A stretch of 64,000 nt of DNA, from assembly GCA_963555825.3 (NCBI GenBank), contig CAUVXB020000001.1, positions 224,001 through 288,000 on the forward strand. The letters run 5' to 3'. Positions 1 through 9,743 of the stretch are shown piece after piece (positions within the stretch are counted from its first letter, which is position 1; each line of letters begins with the position of its first letter). The stretch is from Alphaproteobacteria bacterium. GTDB taxonomy: Bacteria; Pseudomonadota; Alphaproteobacteria; JAAXGF01. The notes below the pieces were generated by a model, which saw nothing but the letters and a program-made list of their open reading frames with translations, was not told where the DNA came from and ran no database searches. The position numbers and the translations under genes are program-made.

Positions 1-860
1 ACATTCGGCCGGGTCCTCTGCCGTCGGCGCCGCGTCAACGCTCGCAAGGTTCTCCTTGGCCGTCTCCAACGTTTTGGGAAGCGTCGTCGTGTCGCCCTCG
101 TCGGCCGGGTGCAGCTCGGCGGCCACCACCGCGCCGGTGTCCAGATCCACCGCGTGCTCGGGCTTGTAGGCCAGATGCGTCGTGCCGTCCTTCATCTTGG
201 CGATCTTGGCCTCGGGGTCGCTCTTCGAACCCAGTCCTCGTTGGAAAGCTTCTTGCCCTTGCGCTTGCGGTCCAGACGCGCCAGGTCCTCGGCCGTGGGC
301 GTCTCGATGCCGCTCTCCCGGGCCAGGTGCTCCAGCATCTCCCGGTAGCCTTCACCCGTGTCGCGCCGCACGATGTTGCGCAGCGCCGCGTTGGCCTCCA
401 TGGTCGAGGCATCCACCCCGATGCGCTCGCCCTTCACCAGACCCGCCTCGCCGATCAAGGCCAGAACCCAGTCGAAGACCGCCGCGTGGACTTCATGGGG
501 CAGGCGCGCGCGGGTCTTCGACAGCCAGGAATGGTCCGGCACCCGCTCACGGCTCCCCAGTCGCAGGAACTCCCGCAGCGACAGGGAATCCGAGCAACGC
601 CACTCCAGACCGCGCTCTGAGTCGATGCCCTCGAAGTAGCCCACCAGGTGCATGCGGAAATAGCGCCCGGGCGGCACCGAGGGCGCGCCCATCCTGGCCG
701 CGTAATAGGGCCGGCAGCTCGCCTCGGCAAAGGCGTCGAAGCCGCCCTCGATCAGCACCGACTGCAGGCGGTCGTAAAACACATGACCCGGCGAGCGCGG
801 CATCTCCGCCCAGCCCACCATCAAGTCCCCCTGACGATCCTTCTGCTGTCCCATCGCCAT
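1..860 (-). pseudogene. IS1182-family transposase, frameshifted
   Basis: GAPSVPPGRYFRM, PDHSWLSKTR and GVDASTMEANA motifs. The frame breaks at ~228-232 (EDWV) and continues in another frame as KSDPEAKIAKMKDGTTHLAYKPEHAVDLDTG. Confidence 0.8.
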
Positions 861-942
861 CGGCGAATCCTCCGGTCAAATCAGAACATCAAAGAATCAG
901 ACCAGGCCGCTTGCGTCCAGTGCCGACTTCGTCAACGGGCTG
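1..942 (-). mobile_element. IS1182-family element (left part; runs off window start), inserted into an IS66 transposase gene
   Basis: Transposase ORF starts at 860; terminus-like CAGCCCGTTGACGAAGTC ends at ~942; IS66 tnpC sequence resumes at 943. Confidence 0.75.
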
Positions 943-1176
943 ATAGGGCGACGGCTGTCGTTCGGTTCCGACAGCGAGGACGGCGCCAGGTTCACGGCGA
1001 TCATGTACTCGGTGGTGGGCACGCTCTCGATGAATGGCATCGACATCCTGAGCTGGCTGGACACGTGGCTCGCAGCGTGCGCGGAGAACGATCGCAAACC
1101 ACCGGACGACCTGTCGCCGTGGCTGCCATGGTCGATGAGCGAGGAGCGCAGGCGCGAACTCATGGCGCCGGCGTGA
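943..1176 (+). pseudogene. IS66 transposase (TnpC) C-terminal fragment
   Basis: My translation IGRRLSFGSDSEDGARFTAIMYSVVGTLSMNGIDILSWLD...LSPWLPWSM* resembles the IS66 TnpC C-terminus. Confidence 0.75.
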
Positions 1177-2054
1177 CCGGCGCGATCGAGTGCCGTTATT
1201 ACGGCCGCGACTTCACCGCCGGGGAAATGGCGCTGCTGCGCGCGCTGATCGCCGGGCCGCCGCCGTTGAACCGCCATATGCTGTCGAAGGAGTTCTGCCG
1301 GCGCATCGGCTGGTTCAAGCCCGACGGCGGCCTCAAGGACATGATGGCCAGGGTCGCCATGCTGGCCATGCACAGGGACGGCCTGATCGCCCTGCCGGCG
1401 CCGCAGGGACGGCAGAACCGGCCCGGGCCGATCGTCTTCGGGCCGGACACCGAAGCGCCGCTGTTCCCGGCCCCGACGACCCTCGACAAGGTCCGTCCGC
1501 TCGACCTGCGCCCCGTCGTGCGCGGCACCCGGGAGAGCAAGCTCTGGAACGAGTTCGTCGCCCGCTACCACTATCTCGGATACAAGACCCTGGTCGGCGC
1601 CCAGATGCGCTACGCCGTCCACGACCGCGACGGCTGGCCGCTCGCCATGCTCGGCTTCTCCACCGCCGCGTGGAAGCTCGCCCCGCGCGACAACTTCATC
1701 GGATGGACACGGCAGAAGCGCGAGAAGAACCTTCCCTTCGTGGTCGACAACCCGAGATTCCTGATCCTGCCCTGGATCAATATCCCCAACCTGGGTTCGC
1801 ACATCCTGGCCATCATCCGCCGGCGCCTGCCCGATGACTGGACCGAGCGCTACAACACCACGCCCGTGCTCATCGAGACCTTCGTCGAGACCCCGCGCTA
1901 CACCGGCGCCGTTTACAGGGCCTCCGGCTGGACCCGCGTCGGGACCACCCAGGGGCGCGGGCGCTACGACCGGGACAGGCAGTCCGACAAGCCTAAAAAG
2001 GATGTCTGGCTCCGGCCCCTGCGACGGGATTGGAAACGCACCCTCAATCGCTAA
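1173..2054 (+). CDS. DUF4338 (DruA-like) domain protein
   Basis: GTG overlaps the tnpC stop (GTGA). Motifs WNEFVARYHYLGY, RDNFIGW, NPRFLILPW, NLGSHIL, ETFVE and GAVYRASGW..VG.TQGRG. Confidence 0.8.
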   Translation: MTGAIECRYYGRDFTAGEMALLRALIAGPPPLNRHMLSKEFCRRIGWFKPDGGLKDMMARVAMLAMHRDGLIALPAPQGRQNRPGPIVFGPDTEAPLFPAPTTLDKVRPLDLRPVVRGTRESKLWNEFVARYHYLGYKTLVGAQMRYAVHDRDGWPLAMLGFSTAAWKLAPRDNFIGWTRQKREKNLPFVVDNPRFLILPWINIPNLGSHILAIIRRRLPDDWTERYNTTPVLIETFVETPRYTGAVYRASGWTRVGTTQGRGRYDRDRQSDKPKKDVWLRPLRRDWKRTLNR

Positions 2055-2113
2055 AATCGGCCGGGGCGAATGGAAACGCCCGCGCTGATTCCACGGCCTG
2101 AACGAACGCTTAC

Positions 2114-2990
2114 GTCCTCCCCCGCTTGATTGCCTGGTTTGGCCTCCTCGCCACACTCATCATCAACGATCTCGAACTGATCGCGCAGAACCCTCTCCAG
2201 GATCGCAAAACTGGAAAGCTTTGCCGCCGCCGTGTCACGGAATTGCAGCACCAGGGCTAGGAGATACTGACCCGCTTCGCCGAGGCGCCGTTTTGAAACA
2301 CTCGGCGCCGTATTCGCGAACGCGCCATTACCCTCGCGATCGACATAGCGGCGGATCACCTCCTTGCTGATCTGCTCGTGCAGACCGGGATGATATCGCT
2401 CAAGCTCACGGGCAAACTTCGAGATGCTCTCAACAACGATACCAAGTCGTGTCAGCGCCCGCATTGCCGAACGAAGGGCCGTCGAATCCATGCGTTGGTG
2501 GCTGGTATCGACAGAGAACCCCTGCACCAGCCGATCCGTCAAACACCGGAACAGCAATTCATCGAGACCTTGTTCGATAAACAGACGGCGATAGTTGCGC
2601 AGGGTTTTCTCACAGAAATAGCTGTCCGCTTCGCTGCGCACGTCCAAGGCATAGTGCCACGCCATATTGAAGGCCAGGGCCTCGACGGTCTCTGCATCGC
2701 TCAGATCGTGCAGCTGCTGCAAAAGCAAGACCCCGATGACAACGTGTAGATCCTTCGATGGTCGGCCCATGCGTTCATCAAGGTGACGGCAAAGATCGTC
2801 AACCGGAAGTTCGACAAGCAGATGGTTCCGAAAAACCCCGGCCCAGGATTGCTCCATCAGGCGCCGACGTTTGTCCCCGAAATCGGACCAGCGATCAAAC
2901 AATTCCCCAGTCCGTCGGTCGCGTAAAGTAAACATGCACAATTATAATCCAGCCGACTCTCATGAGGAATCGACTTTTTACCGCCCCGTC
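2114..2990 (-). pseudogene. Truncated copy of the IS1182-family element at 41258-43058 (left IR plus 5' half of transposase)
   Basis: Matches the full copy from IR GACGGGGCGGTAAAAAGT down to ~2157, then diverges and abuts the IS66 end. Confidence 0.9.
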
Positions 2991-4354
2991 AAAAGTTGTG
3001 TATGGGCTGATCATGCGGCGGCGCGATCCTGGCGTTCTCCATCTACGAATTTGACGCCGCGAATGATCTCGGCGAGATGGTTCGATCCATCGAGTTTTCT
3101 CCATTTTCTCTGAGCGCACTGGCATAGTTTGAAGACCATGGCCATCGCCGTCTTGCGCGACAGGCAGCCCTTGGTCCGGTAGGTGCGCAGACGAACCGTG
3201 GCGAACGTGCTCTCGATGGGGTTGGTCGTGCGTACATGCTTCCAGTGCTCGGCGGGGAAGTCGTAGAACGTCAGCAGGACGTCGCGGTCCTTGGCCAGGC
3301 AGGCCGCGGCCTTGTCGTACTTCGGCCCGTAGGCTTCCAGGAAGAAGTCGAAGGCGCTCTCGGCATCCTTCCTGGTTTCGGCCATCCAGATGTCTTGCAG
3401 GCGCCCCTTGGCTTTCTTTTGCAGACCCTTGGGCAGCTTGTTCAAGACGTTGCCCGTCTTGTGAACCCAGCAGCGTTGCTCGCGGGCGCCTGGGTAGACT
3501 TGGCGGAGCGCCTTCCAGAAGCCGAGCGCGCCGTCGCCGAGCGCCAGTTGCGGACCCATTTCAAGGCCGCGCCGCTTGAGATCGAGCAGAACTTCGAGCC
3601 AGGACTGCTCACTTTCGCGATAGCCGTCGGCGATGGCGATCAGTTCCTTCTGTCCCTTGTCCGTGGCCCCGACGATCACCAGGATGCACTGCTTCTCTTC
3701 CTCCATGCGGGCGCTGAAATAGATGCCGTCCACCCAGAAATAGACGTAGCGCTTGGCCGTGAGGTCGCGCCGTTGCCAGCGCTCCGCCTCAACCCCCCAG
3801 ACCTCTTTCAGCCGGGTGATCGTGGAGGCCGAAAGCCCCGGCGCGGAGCTCCCCAGGAGCGCCGCCAAGGCTTCCCCGAAGTCGCCGGTGGAAATGCCCT
3901 TCAGATACAGCCATGGCAAAAGGTCTTCCAGGCTCTTGGCGCGGCGCAGATAGCGCGGCAGGATCGCCGACGTGAAGCGGATGGCGCCGTCCCCCCGGTC
4001 CCGCACACGGGGTTGGCGCACGCTCACCGGGCCGATCCCGGTCTGGATGAAGCGTTCCGGCAGATATCCATTGCGGACAACCCGGCGGCGGCCGGCGGCG
4101 TCAACAAGCGCCGCATGGCTACCCAAAAACACGGAGACCTCGGCCTCAACGGCTTGGGCCAACAACTCGCGAGCTCCAGCTTGTAGGACTTCCGTCAACG
4201 GATCTTTCTGAAAATCAGATGGGTTTTGAAAAGCAACAACGGTATTCTCTTTCATGGCGTATCCTTCCTTGGCTTAGCTCAAGTGGTGACATCAACAATC
4301 ACCAGGATACGCCGCCTTCATTTCAACGCCGTACACAAGATTCGGTTATAGCTC
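2991..4354 (-). mobile_element. IS256-family element, copy 1 (outer 11 bp of right IR missing)
   Basis: IRL GAGCTATAACCGAATCTTGTGTA ends at 4354; the right IR is interrupted by the IS1182 element at 2990; same transposase as 43147-44391. Confidence 0.9.
3011..4255 (-). CDS. IS256-family (Mutator-like) transposase
   Basis: RNGY, YFWVDGIYF, GDGALGFW, QRCWVHK and RTTNPIES motifs; 414 aa. Confidence 0.95.
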   Translation of the reverse strand: MKENTVVAFQNPSDFQKDPLTEVLQAGARELLAQAVEAEVSVFLGSHAALVDAAGRRRVVRNGYLPERFIQTGIGPVSVRQPRVRDRGDGAIRFTSAILPRYLRRAKSLEDLLPWLYLKGISTGDFGEALAALLGSSAPGLSASTITRLKEVWGVEAERWQRRDLTAKRYVYFWVDGIYFSARMEEEKQCILVIVGATDKGQKELIAIADGYRESEQSWLEVLLDLKRRGLEMGPQLALGDGALGFWKALRQVYPGAREQRCWVHKTGNVLNKLPKGLQKKAKGRLQDIWMAETRKDAESAFDFFLEAYGPKYDKAAACLAKDRDVLLTFYDFPAEHWKHVRTTNPIESTFATVRLRTYRTKGCLSRKTAMAMVFKLCQCAQRKWRKLDGSNHLAEIIRGVKFVDGERQDRAAA

Positions 4355-4650
4355 GGAAAAGTGGAGGCGCCCTACACCGTTTGCATTGCTTCTGCCTCGA
4401 ATTTGACGGGGCTTGTGAAGTCCAGCGTCGAGTGCCGACGGACTGGATTATAGAACCCATCGATGTATCCGGCTATGGCAGTTTCAGCTTGGCTTCTTGA
4501 CATGAACACAGTCCTCCAGATCAGTTCTGACTTGATGGTTTTGAAGAAGGTCTCGACGACGGCGTTATCATAGCAATTTCCCTTACCGCTCATTGAGGCG
4601 AGGAAACCGAGTTCACCGAGGCGCGCCTGGTATGCGTCTGAGCAGTACTG

Positions 4651-6122
4651 GGCGGATTCAACCGGTCGTCGCAACACATTCAGTTTGACTGGCCTGCAAG
4701 CACTGGTCCAGAGCTTCGGCGGGAGTTCTCCATCCGAGGGTCTTGCGGGGCCGTGTATTGAGCGCGTCAGCAACAACTGCGAGTACGTCCGGACTGTGTA
4801 CGCTCAGATCGGTTCCTTTCGGGAAGTACTGTCGAAGCAGTCCATTGGTGTTCTCGTTCGTTCCGCGTTGCCAAGGGCTGTGCGGTTCGCAGAAGTAGAC
4901 GGGAAGGCCGGTTGCGATCCGAAGATCCGCATGCCTGGCCATCTCTGCTCCCTGGTCCCAGGTCAGCGAGCGGCGAAGCTGCGCTGGCAATGTCGTGATC
5001 GTCCGGGCGATGGCATCGCGAACCGCTTCAGCCCCATGACCGGCAAGCGCAGGCCCGTTCTTCACGCGCGGGACGGTGCCGTGGCCTTCCATTCGGGGAA
5101 GATGCAGCAGCATTGTGAACCGCGTGGTGCGTTCCACCAGAGTGCCGATCGCCGATCTGCCCAAGCCGATGATCAGGTCACCTTCCCAGTGTCCGGGTAC
5201 GGCCCGATCAGCTGCTTCCGCCGATCGTTCACTGATCATGATCTCAGGCGTGACGAAGGATTTGCCCCGCCGGCGGCTACGTGCCCGAGGCACGCGCAGT
5301 GCCCTTCCCGTGCGAAGGCAGGCGGTCAGCTCACGACGGAGTGCGCCGCGGCCCTGTACGTAGAGCGCCTGATAGATCGCCTCATGACTGATCCGCATCG
5401 CTTGATCCTCGGGCCCGTCCCCAGGATAGTCGATCCGAAGACGGTGCGCGATCTGCTCAGGACTCCAGGCCCTGGCCCATCGCCTGTGCTGCCGCGGCCC
5501 ATGCCGACGACCGTTCCAGACGACGCGTGGCCCCTCGATCACCGTTCCATCCGGTGCCGAGATCCGACCCGCAAGCCGATCCTGCACATAGCGCCGCAGC
5601 GCCTCATTCGTTGCCAGCTTAGCTGGCTTCGGCCTTTTGGCGGATCGATCAGCATGCCACTGCGCCGTCGTTGCTCGGTAGTCCAGGCCACCGCTTCGGG
5701 TCGCCGCGTTGCGCCGCACCTCGCGGGAGATCGTCGACGGTGCTCGCTCCAGCCGGCAAGCAATATGACGTATGCCTCTTCCCTGGGCGCGCAGAAGAGC
5801 AATCTCCTCACGTTCCTCGAAAGACAGGTAACGTCCTGACAGCGGCTTGGCCGATTGCGATAAATGTGATGGTGGCATGCCGCCCGACCTCCGGAACCAC
5901 CTCGAGCCTACCGGAGGGGATACACCGGCATCTCGGGCCGCGTCCTCGCTCGAACGCCCCGTCGCAATCGCTGCCCAGAACCGAACAAGCTCCTCACGCC
6001 GTGCCGAGTCCGGTCGACCTGGCGAATGCAACTTGCTCCGTCCAGACCGATCCGACCGCCGTCTGCGTACCGTCATAGTAACCTCCTATGCCAGAGTGTT
6101 GCGACGACCGATTGAACTCGCC
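4651..6122 (-). mobile_element. IS30-family element
   Basis: IRs GGCGGATTCAACCGGTCGTCGCAACA / TGTTGCGACGACCGATTGAACTCGCC; 3-bp duplication CTG on both sides. Confidence 0.9.
4658..6076 (-). CDS. IS30-family transposase
   Basis: WSPEQI, ISHEAIY, GHWEGDLI, TWDQGAEM and SPWQRGTNENTNGLLRQYFPKG motifs. Confidence 0.95.
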   Translation of the reverse strand: MTVRRRRSDRSGRSKLHSPGRPDSARREELVRFWAAIATGRSSEDAARDAGVSPPVGSRWFRRSGGMPPSHLSQSAKPLSGRYLSFEEREEIALLRAQGRGIRHIACRLERAPSTISREVRRNAATRSGGLDYRATTAQWHADRSAKRPKPAKLATNEALRRYVQDRLAGRISAPDGTVIEGPRVVWNGRRHGPRQHRRWARAWSPEQIAHRLRIDYPGDGPEDQAMRISHEAIYQALYVQGRGALRRELTACLRTGRALRVPRARSRRRGKSFVTPEIMISERSAEAADRAVPGHWEGDLIIGLGRSAIGTLVERTTRFTMLLHLPRMEGHGTVPRVKNGPALAGHGAEAVRDAIARTITTLPAQLRRSLTWDQGAEMARHADLRIATGLPVYFCEPHSPWQRGTNENTNGLLRQYFPKGTDLSVHSPDVLAVVADALNTRPRKTLGWRTPAEALDQCLQASQTECVATTG

Positions 6123-6150
6123 CTGGCTTCCCCTGACGCTCTCATGTTTG

Positions 6151-7206
6151 TCAAGCACTCGATGGGGCGGTGAGTACGCGGTAGATCTCGCGGGCCACGT
6201 AACGCTTCAGGCCGCGCATGATCTCGCGTTTGGACAGCCCCTCCAGGGTCCTGCGAGCGACATAGGCTCGGGTCCGCTCGTCGGTTCGCATTCGGCACAC
6301 GACGACCATGTGCAGGGCGGAGTTGGCTTGGCGGTTGCCTCCGCGGTTGAGACGGTGGCGTTGCGTCTTCCCACTCGATGCGGGGATCGGGCAGACGCCG
6401 CACATCATGGCGAAGCTCGCCTCGGAGCGGAGCCGATCCGGGTTATCCCCAACGGCGACCATTACTGCGCCTGCGTTCTCGGTGCCCACGCCTTCGAGCT
6501 CAAGCAGACTGGGGGCGAGCTCCTCGACCAAGGGGACGATGAACCGGTCGAGTTCAGCGATCTCGTCGTTGATGTCGAGGATTCTGCGGGCGAGGGACTT
6601 CAGGGAGAGCTTGGTCGCGACCACCGGGTCTCGATAGCCGACCGTGTCCGGCCTCCAGGCCGCACAGGTACGCAGGCGCTGCATGCGGGTGAGGTTGCGG
6701 ACCTGGTCACGCACTTCCTCCGGTGCGGCAACGATGGTGTTGTGGAGTTGCTGCAGGGCCGCGCGGCGGCACTTGATTGCCGTCTTTCGCGTTGTTCGCA
6801 GCACCCGCAGGGCTTCCACGGTGCCGGAACGGTCTTTGGCCACCTGGACCCGGCGTCTTGTGCGCGCCGCCTCGGCCGCGGAGATCGCATCCAGGGCGTC
6901 GTCCTTGCCCTTGGCTCTTCGGCTGGCTGGGTCCGGCCCGGTCACCTCGAGCACGGGGATACCCGAGAGTGCCAGGTGCCGGGTGATGCCGGCTCCGTAG
7001 GTACCGGTGGATTCCACTCCTACACGAAGCAGCTCGCCATGAGAGCGGAACCAGCGAAGCATCGCCCGGTAGCCGGCTCGGGTGGTGGAGAACGATTCGG
7101 TACCAAGCACCGTTCCGTCGTGGCTCACGACGGCGGCGGTGTGCAGGTCCTGGTGGGTGTCGACGCCACCGATGATCTGGATGTTGTCGGCTGTTGCAGT
7201 CGCCAT
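6151..7206 (-). CDS. IS110-family DEDD transposase/recombinase
   Basis: GGVDTH, GVESTGTYG, GKDDALDA and PASSG..RHRLNRGGNRQAN motifs; ATG at 7206 preceded by AGGGGG. Confidence 0.93.
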   Translation of the reverse strand: MATATADNIQIIGGVDTHQDLHTAAVVSHDGTVLGTESFSTTRAGYRAMLRWFRSHGELLRVGVESTGTYGAGITRHLALSGIPVLEVTGPDPASRRAKGKDDALDAISAAEAARTRRRVQVAKDRSGTVEALRVLRTTRKTAIKCRRAALQQLHNTIVAAPEEVRDQVRNLTRMQRLRTCAAWRPDTVGYRDPVVATKLSLKSLARRILDINDEIAELDRFIVPLVEELAPSLLELEGVGTENAGAVMVAVGDNPDRLRSEASFAMMCGVCPIPASSGKTQRHRLNRGGNRQANSALHMVVVCRMRTDERTRAYVARRTLEGLSKREIMRGLKRYVAREIYRVLTAPSSA

Positions 7207-7493
7207 GTCCGCCCCCTGGTCTATGATGGGTGGAGGGGTTGGCTCCGAACTCAGCCGATGTCGGACACGACAGTGACGGGGCGCCCAAGGCCGGGCTCTC
7301 ATCAGGTCACGATGTCGGTCGAGGTCGGAACCTCAACCGGTTGCCCCCGGGTGGCCGACATGTCCGGGGAATGACATCTCGGTCGATCTGAGTGTGGGTC
7401 AAGCCACCCAAGGGCGGCCGGCCCTATCAGTCTAGATGCGTCTATCGCTGTGCGGGTCAGGTCACTCCGAGGGAACCGGCCCGCAGATACTCA
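7207..7493 (-). ncRNA. Candidate IS110 bridge RNA (non-coding left end)
   Basis: ~290-nt non-coding end upstream of the IS110 recombinase, with short matches to donor and target sequences (see findings). Exact boundaries unknown. Confidence 0.55.
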
Positions 7494-8076
7494 CTATCGC
7501 TATGGTGGATCACACCGGCGCCAGGTTGGCGCAGCCCGATAGCACGGTTAAGCGCCCTGAGCGGCAGGTCGCTGGTCATGCGAGCGCCCACGGCCCAGCC
7601 GATGACGCGCCGGGAGTAGAGGTCGAGCATGACGGCCAGGTACCGCCAGCCCTGTGCCGTCCAGATATAGCTGATGTCGGCAGCCCATTTCTCGTTGGGT
7701 GCCTCGGCGGAGAAGTTCTGGTCGAGAAGGTTCGATGCGACGGCCTTGTTGTGCTGGCTGTCCGTCGTCTTTTTGAACTTCTGTTTCCGTTTTGGAGACA
7801 ACCCATTTCCCCGCATCAGCCGAGCCACCCTATGGCGTCCAACCTCGATCCCATTCTCGGCAAGCTCGTGATGGACCCGCTCTGCACCGTAGCTCTCGCG
7901 GCTGCGCCGAAAGGCTGCCCGGACATGGGCGAGTAGAACCATGTCATCGAGCTGTCGCTGGCTTGGGCCGCGATTGCGCCAAGCGTAGAAGCCTGAGACG
8001 CTGACCTGCAGCAGTCTGCACAGGCGGAATATCGGCATCGCCAACCCGGCCCTCTCCGCGTCGATGAACCGGAACC

Positions 8077-8373
8077 TCATCGACTTTCCCTGGCGAAGAA
8101 GGCCAGCGCTTTTTTTAGCAGATCACGTTCCTGACGGGCCAGATCACGCTCTCGGCGTAGGCGGGTAATCTCCTTCGCTGCATCCTCATGCGGACCGGAA
8201 AGCAAATCCTCCTCACGCAATTCTGTGACCCAGCGGCCGAGCGCGCTGACGCTGATCCCAAGATCTCCTGCTATCTGCCGCTGCCTGCGCCCGCTCGTCT
8301 GTAAAAGACGGACGGCTTCTTCCTTGAAGGCCCGATCAAACCGCCGGCCCTTGTTCCCATTCTGCTTCGACAT
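8077..8373 (-). CDS. IS3 OrfA
   Basis: RRFDRAFKEEAVRL...IAGDLGISVSALGRW...ERDLLKKALAFF; ATGA overlap with orfB. Confidence 0.9.
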   Translation of the reverse strand: MSKQNGNKGRRFDRAFKEEAVRLLQTSGRRQRQIAGDLGISVSALGRWVTELREEDLLSGPHEDAAKEITRLRRERDLARQERDLLKKALAFFARESR

Positions 8374-8434
8374 TTGCACCTCCTGCGATCAAAATCCTAT
8401 CGCAGGACGTCTCCACTTTCGTCAGCAGGGTCCA

Positions 8435-9171
8435 CAGCGAGGAGTGCAGGTGACAGCTGTTGCCGGCGAACTCGTAGTCCCACTTGGCCATGAAGGTGAC
8501 GCTCTTGCCCTGCTGAAATGCGATCTCCTTTACCGCATTCTTGTAAATGACGTGGCGATCCGCCATCTCGAGCGCCTCCGCGTAGCGTAGATTGATCTCT
8601 TCCTGGCCGGGCCCGAATTCGCCCTTGGAGAACTCAACCGGGACCCCCGCCTCGTCCAGAGCGTTGCGGATCGCCCGGATGAGCTCCTCCTCCTTGCTGG
8701 TCTGGAAGATGTGGTAGTCCTCGATGTACCAGCCCGCGGTCCTGGCGCCGCGGTAGCGCTTCTCCCGCAATGCCTCGAACGACTCGTCGAAGACGTAGAA
8801 CTCGAGCTCGGAGCCCATGTTGGCGACATAGCCCTGTGCGCGGGCCCGCTCGATCTGGCGCTTGAGGATGGTTCGGGGCGCATGGGGCACCTCCTCGCCG
8901 TGATGATCCACGCAATCGCCGAGCACCAGCGCTGTGGCGGGCAGCCACGGGATGCGGCGAAGAGTTGAGAAATCCGACTTCACCACGAAGTTCCCGTAGC
9001 CGGATACATCGATGGGTTCTATAATCCAGTCCGTCGGCACTCGACGCTGGACTTCACAAGCCCCGTCAAATTCGAGGCAGAAGCAATGCAAACGGTGTAG
9101 GGCGCCTCCACTTTTCCTGGATGGGTCCAGACTGCATCGCGCAAGGTGTCGATATCTAGATTGGCTTTCAT
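8435..9171 (-). pseudogene. Glutamine synthetase-family gene, interrupted, internally deleted and 3'-truncated
   Basis: N-terminus MKANLDIDTLRDAV at 9130-9171; internal GSELEFY, GEFGPGQEE, TFMAK and GNSCHLHSSL; cut at the IS3 IRL. Confidence 0.85.
8997..9129 (+). mobile_element. IS3 right-end remnant
   Basis: Inverted match to 4355-4475 plus a complete IRR ending GGATGGGTCCA at 9129. Confidence 0.88.
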
Positions 9172-9236
9172 CGGCGGTTGCTCCGGGTGGGGTGGCCGCG
9201 CACAGCGTGGTGCGCGATGTTGTCTCGTGCTCTGCT

Positions 9237-9535
9237 GCTCCGGGGTCACGTAGGCCGCCGTGATGATGCCGTCGGCCAGATAGGCCGCGCCGGTCACGTA
9301 GGAGGACTCGTCCGAGGCGAGGAACAGCGCCACGGCTGCTACCTCCGACATCCGGCCGAGTCGTCCGAGCGGCATGTGGATGCGGCGGCGTTCGAAGCTC
9401 TGCGGCGAGTCGAACAGCCTATCGACCATTCCCGTGTCGACCGGGCCGGGACACAGCGCGTTGGCGCGGATGATTTGACGTGCGTACTGGATCGCGATCT
9501 CCCGGGTCATGGCCACCACCCCGCCCTTGGACGCG
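9237..9535 (-). pseudogene. Short-chain dehydrogenase (SDR) C-terminal fragment
   Basis: ASKGGVVAMTRE, RANALCPGPVDT and FLASDESSYVTG; no N-terminal TGxxxGIG and no stop before the glutamine synthetase start. Confidence 0.8.
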
Positions 9536-9743
9536 CAGTCGCACGACGGGCTGCAACATGTCCGGTGCCCCGAGAGGCAGGCGGTCTCATCTCGACGCCC
9601 GCGCACGATGGCGCACTCTTACCCCAACTGCTAAGATATCCGCGAACCGAAAGCGGCAGGGCAGGGACTCGGATCCGCGTTCCTACCCCGCCGTGTAACA
9701 ACAACCGTGTGAACAACGCTCGACAAACTCAAGGGAGTGCACC

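Larger units (their letters stand above)
943..2113 (+). mobile_element. Right part of an IS66-family element carrying a DUF4338 gene
   Basis: tnpC fragment, then a coupled ORF, then the IS66-type end CGCTTAC at 2107-2113 (GTAAGCG on the minus strand). Confidence 0.7.
6133..7495 (-). mobile_element. IS110-family element
   Basis: Bounded by a repeated CT core (6133-6134 and 7494-7495), no terminal IRs; removal restores the IS3 codons GAT AGG GGA AGC. Confidence 0.9.
4372..8080 (-). pseudogene. IS3 OrfB (rve integrase) split into three pieces (7496-8080, 6123-6132, 4372-4650)
   Basis: WAADISYI...HHSD | GSQ | YCSDAY...GNCYDNAVVETFFKTIK rejoins in frame after removing the two inserts. Confidence 0.9.
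4355..8434 (-). mobile_element. IS3-family element interrupted by IS30 and IS110, right IR clipped by IS256
   Basis: IRL TGGACCCTGCTGACGAAAGTGGAG ends at 8434; IRR remnant GGAAAAGTGGAG at 4355; orfA and split orfB lie between. Confidence 0.9.

Noticed and set aside
648-1172. N-terminal extension of the 468-aa ORF
   Set aside because: It crosses an IS1182 end and the IS66 tnpC frame; the plausible start is GTG at 1173.
1173-2054. Complete Druantia defence system
   Set aside because: Only a DUF4338 gene is present; no large helicase or other dru genes, and it lies inside an IS.
9609-9625. Sigma54 promoter upstream of the GS-like gene
   Set aside because: TGGCGC is present but there is no GC at the -12 position.
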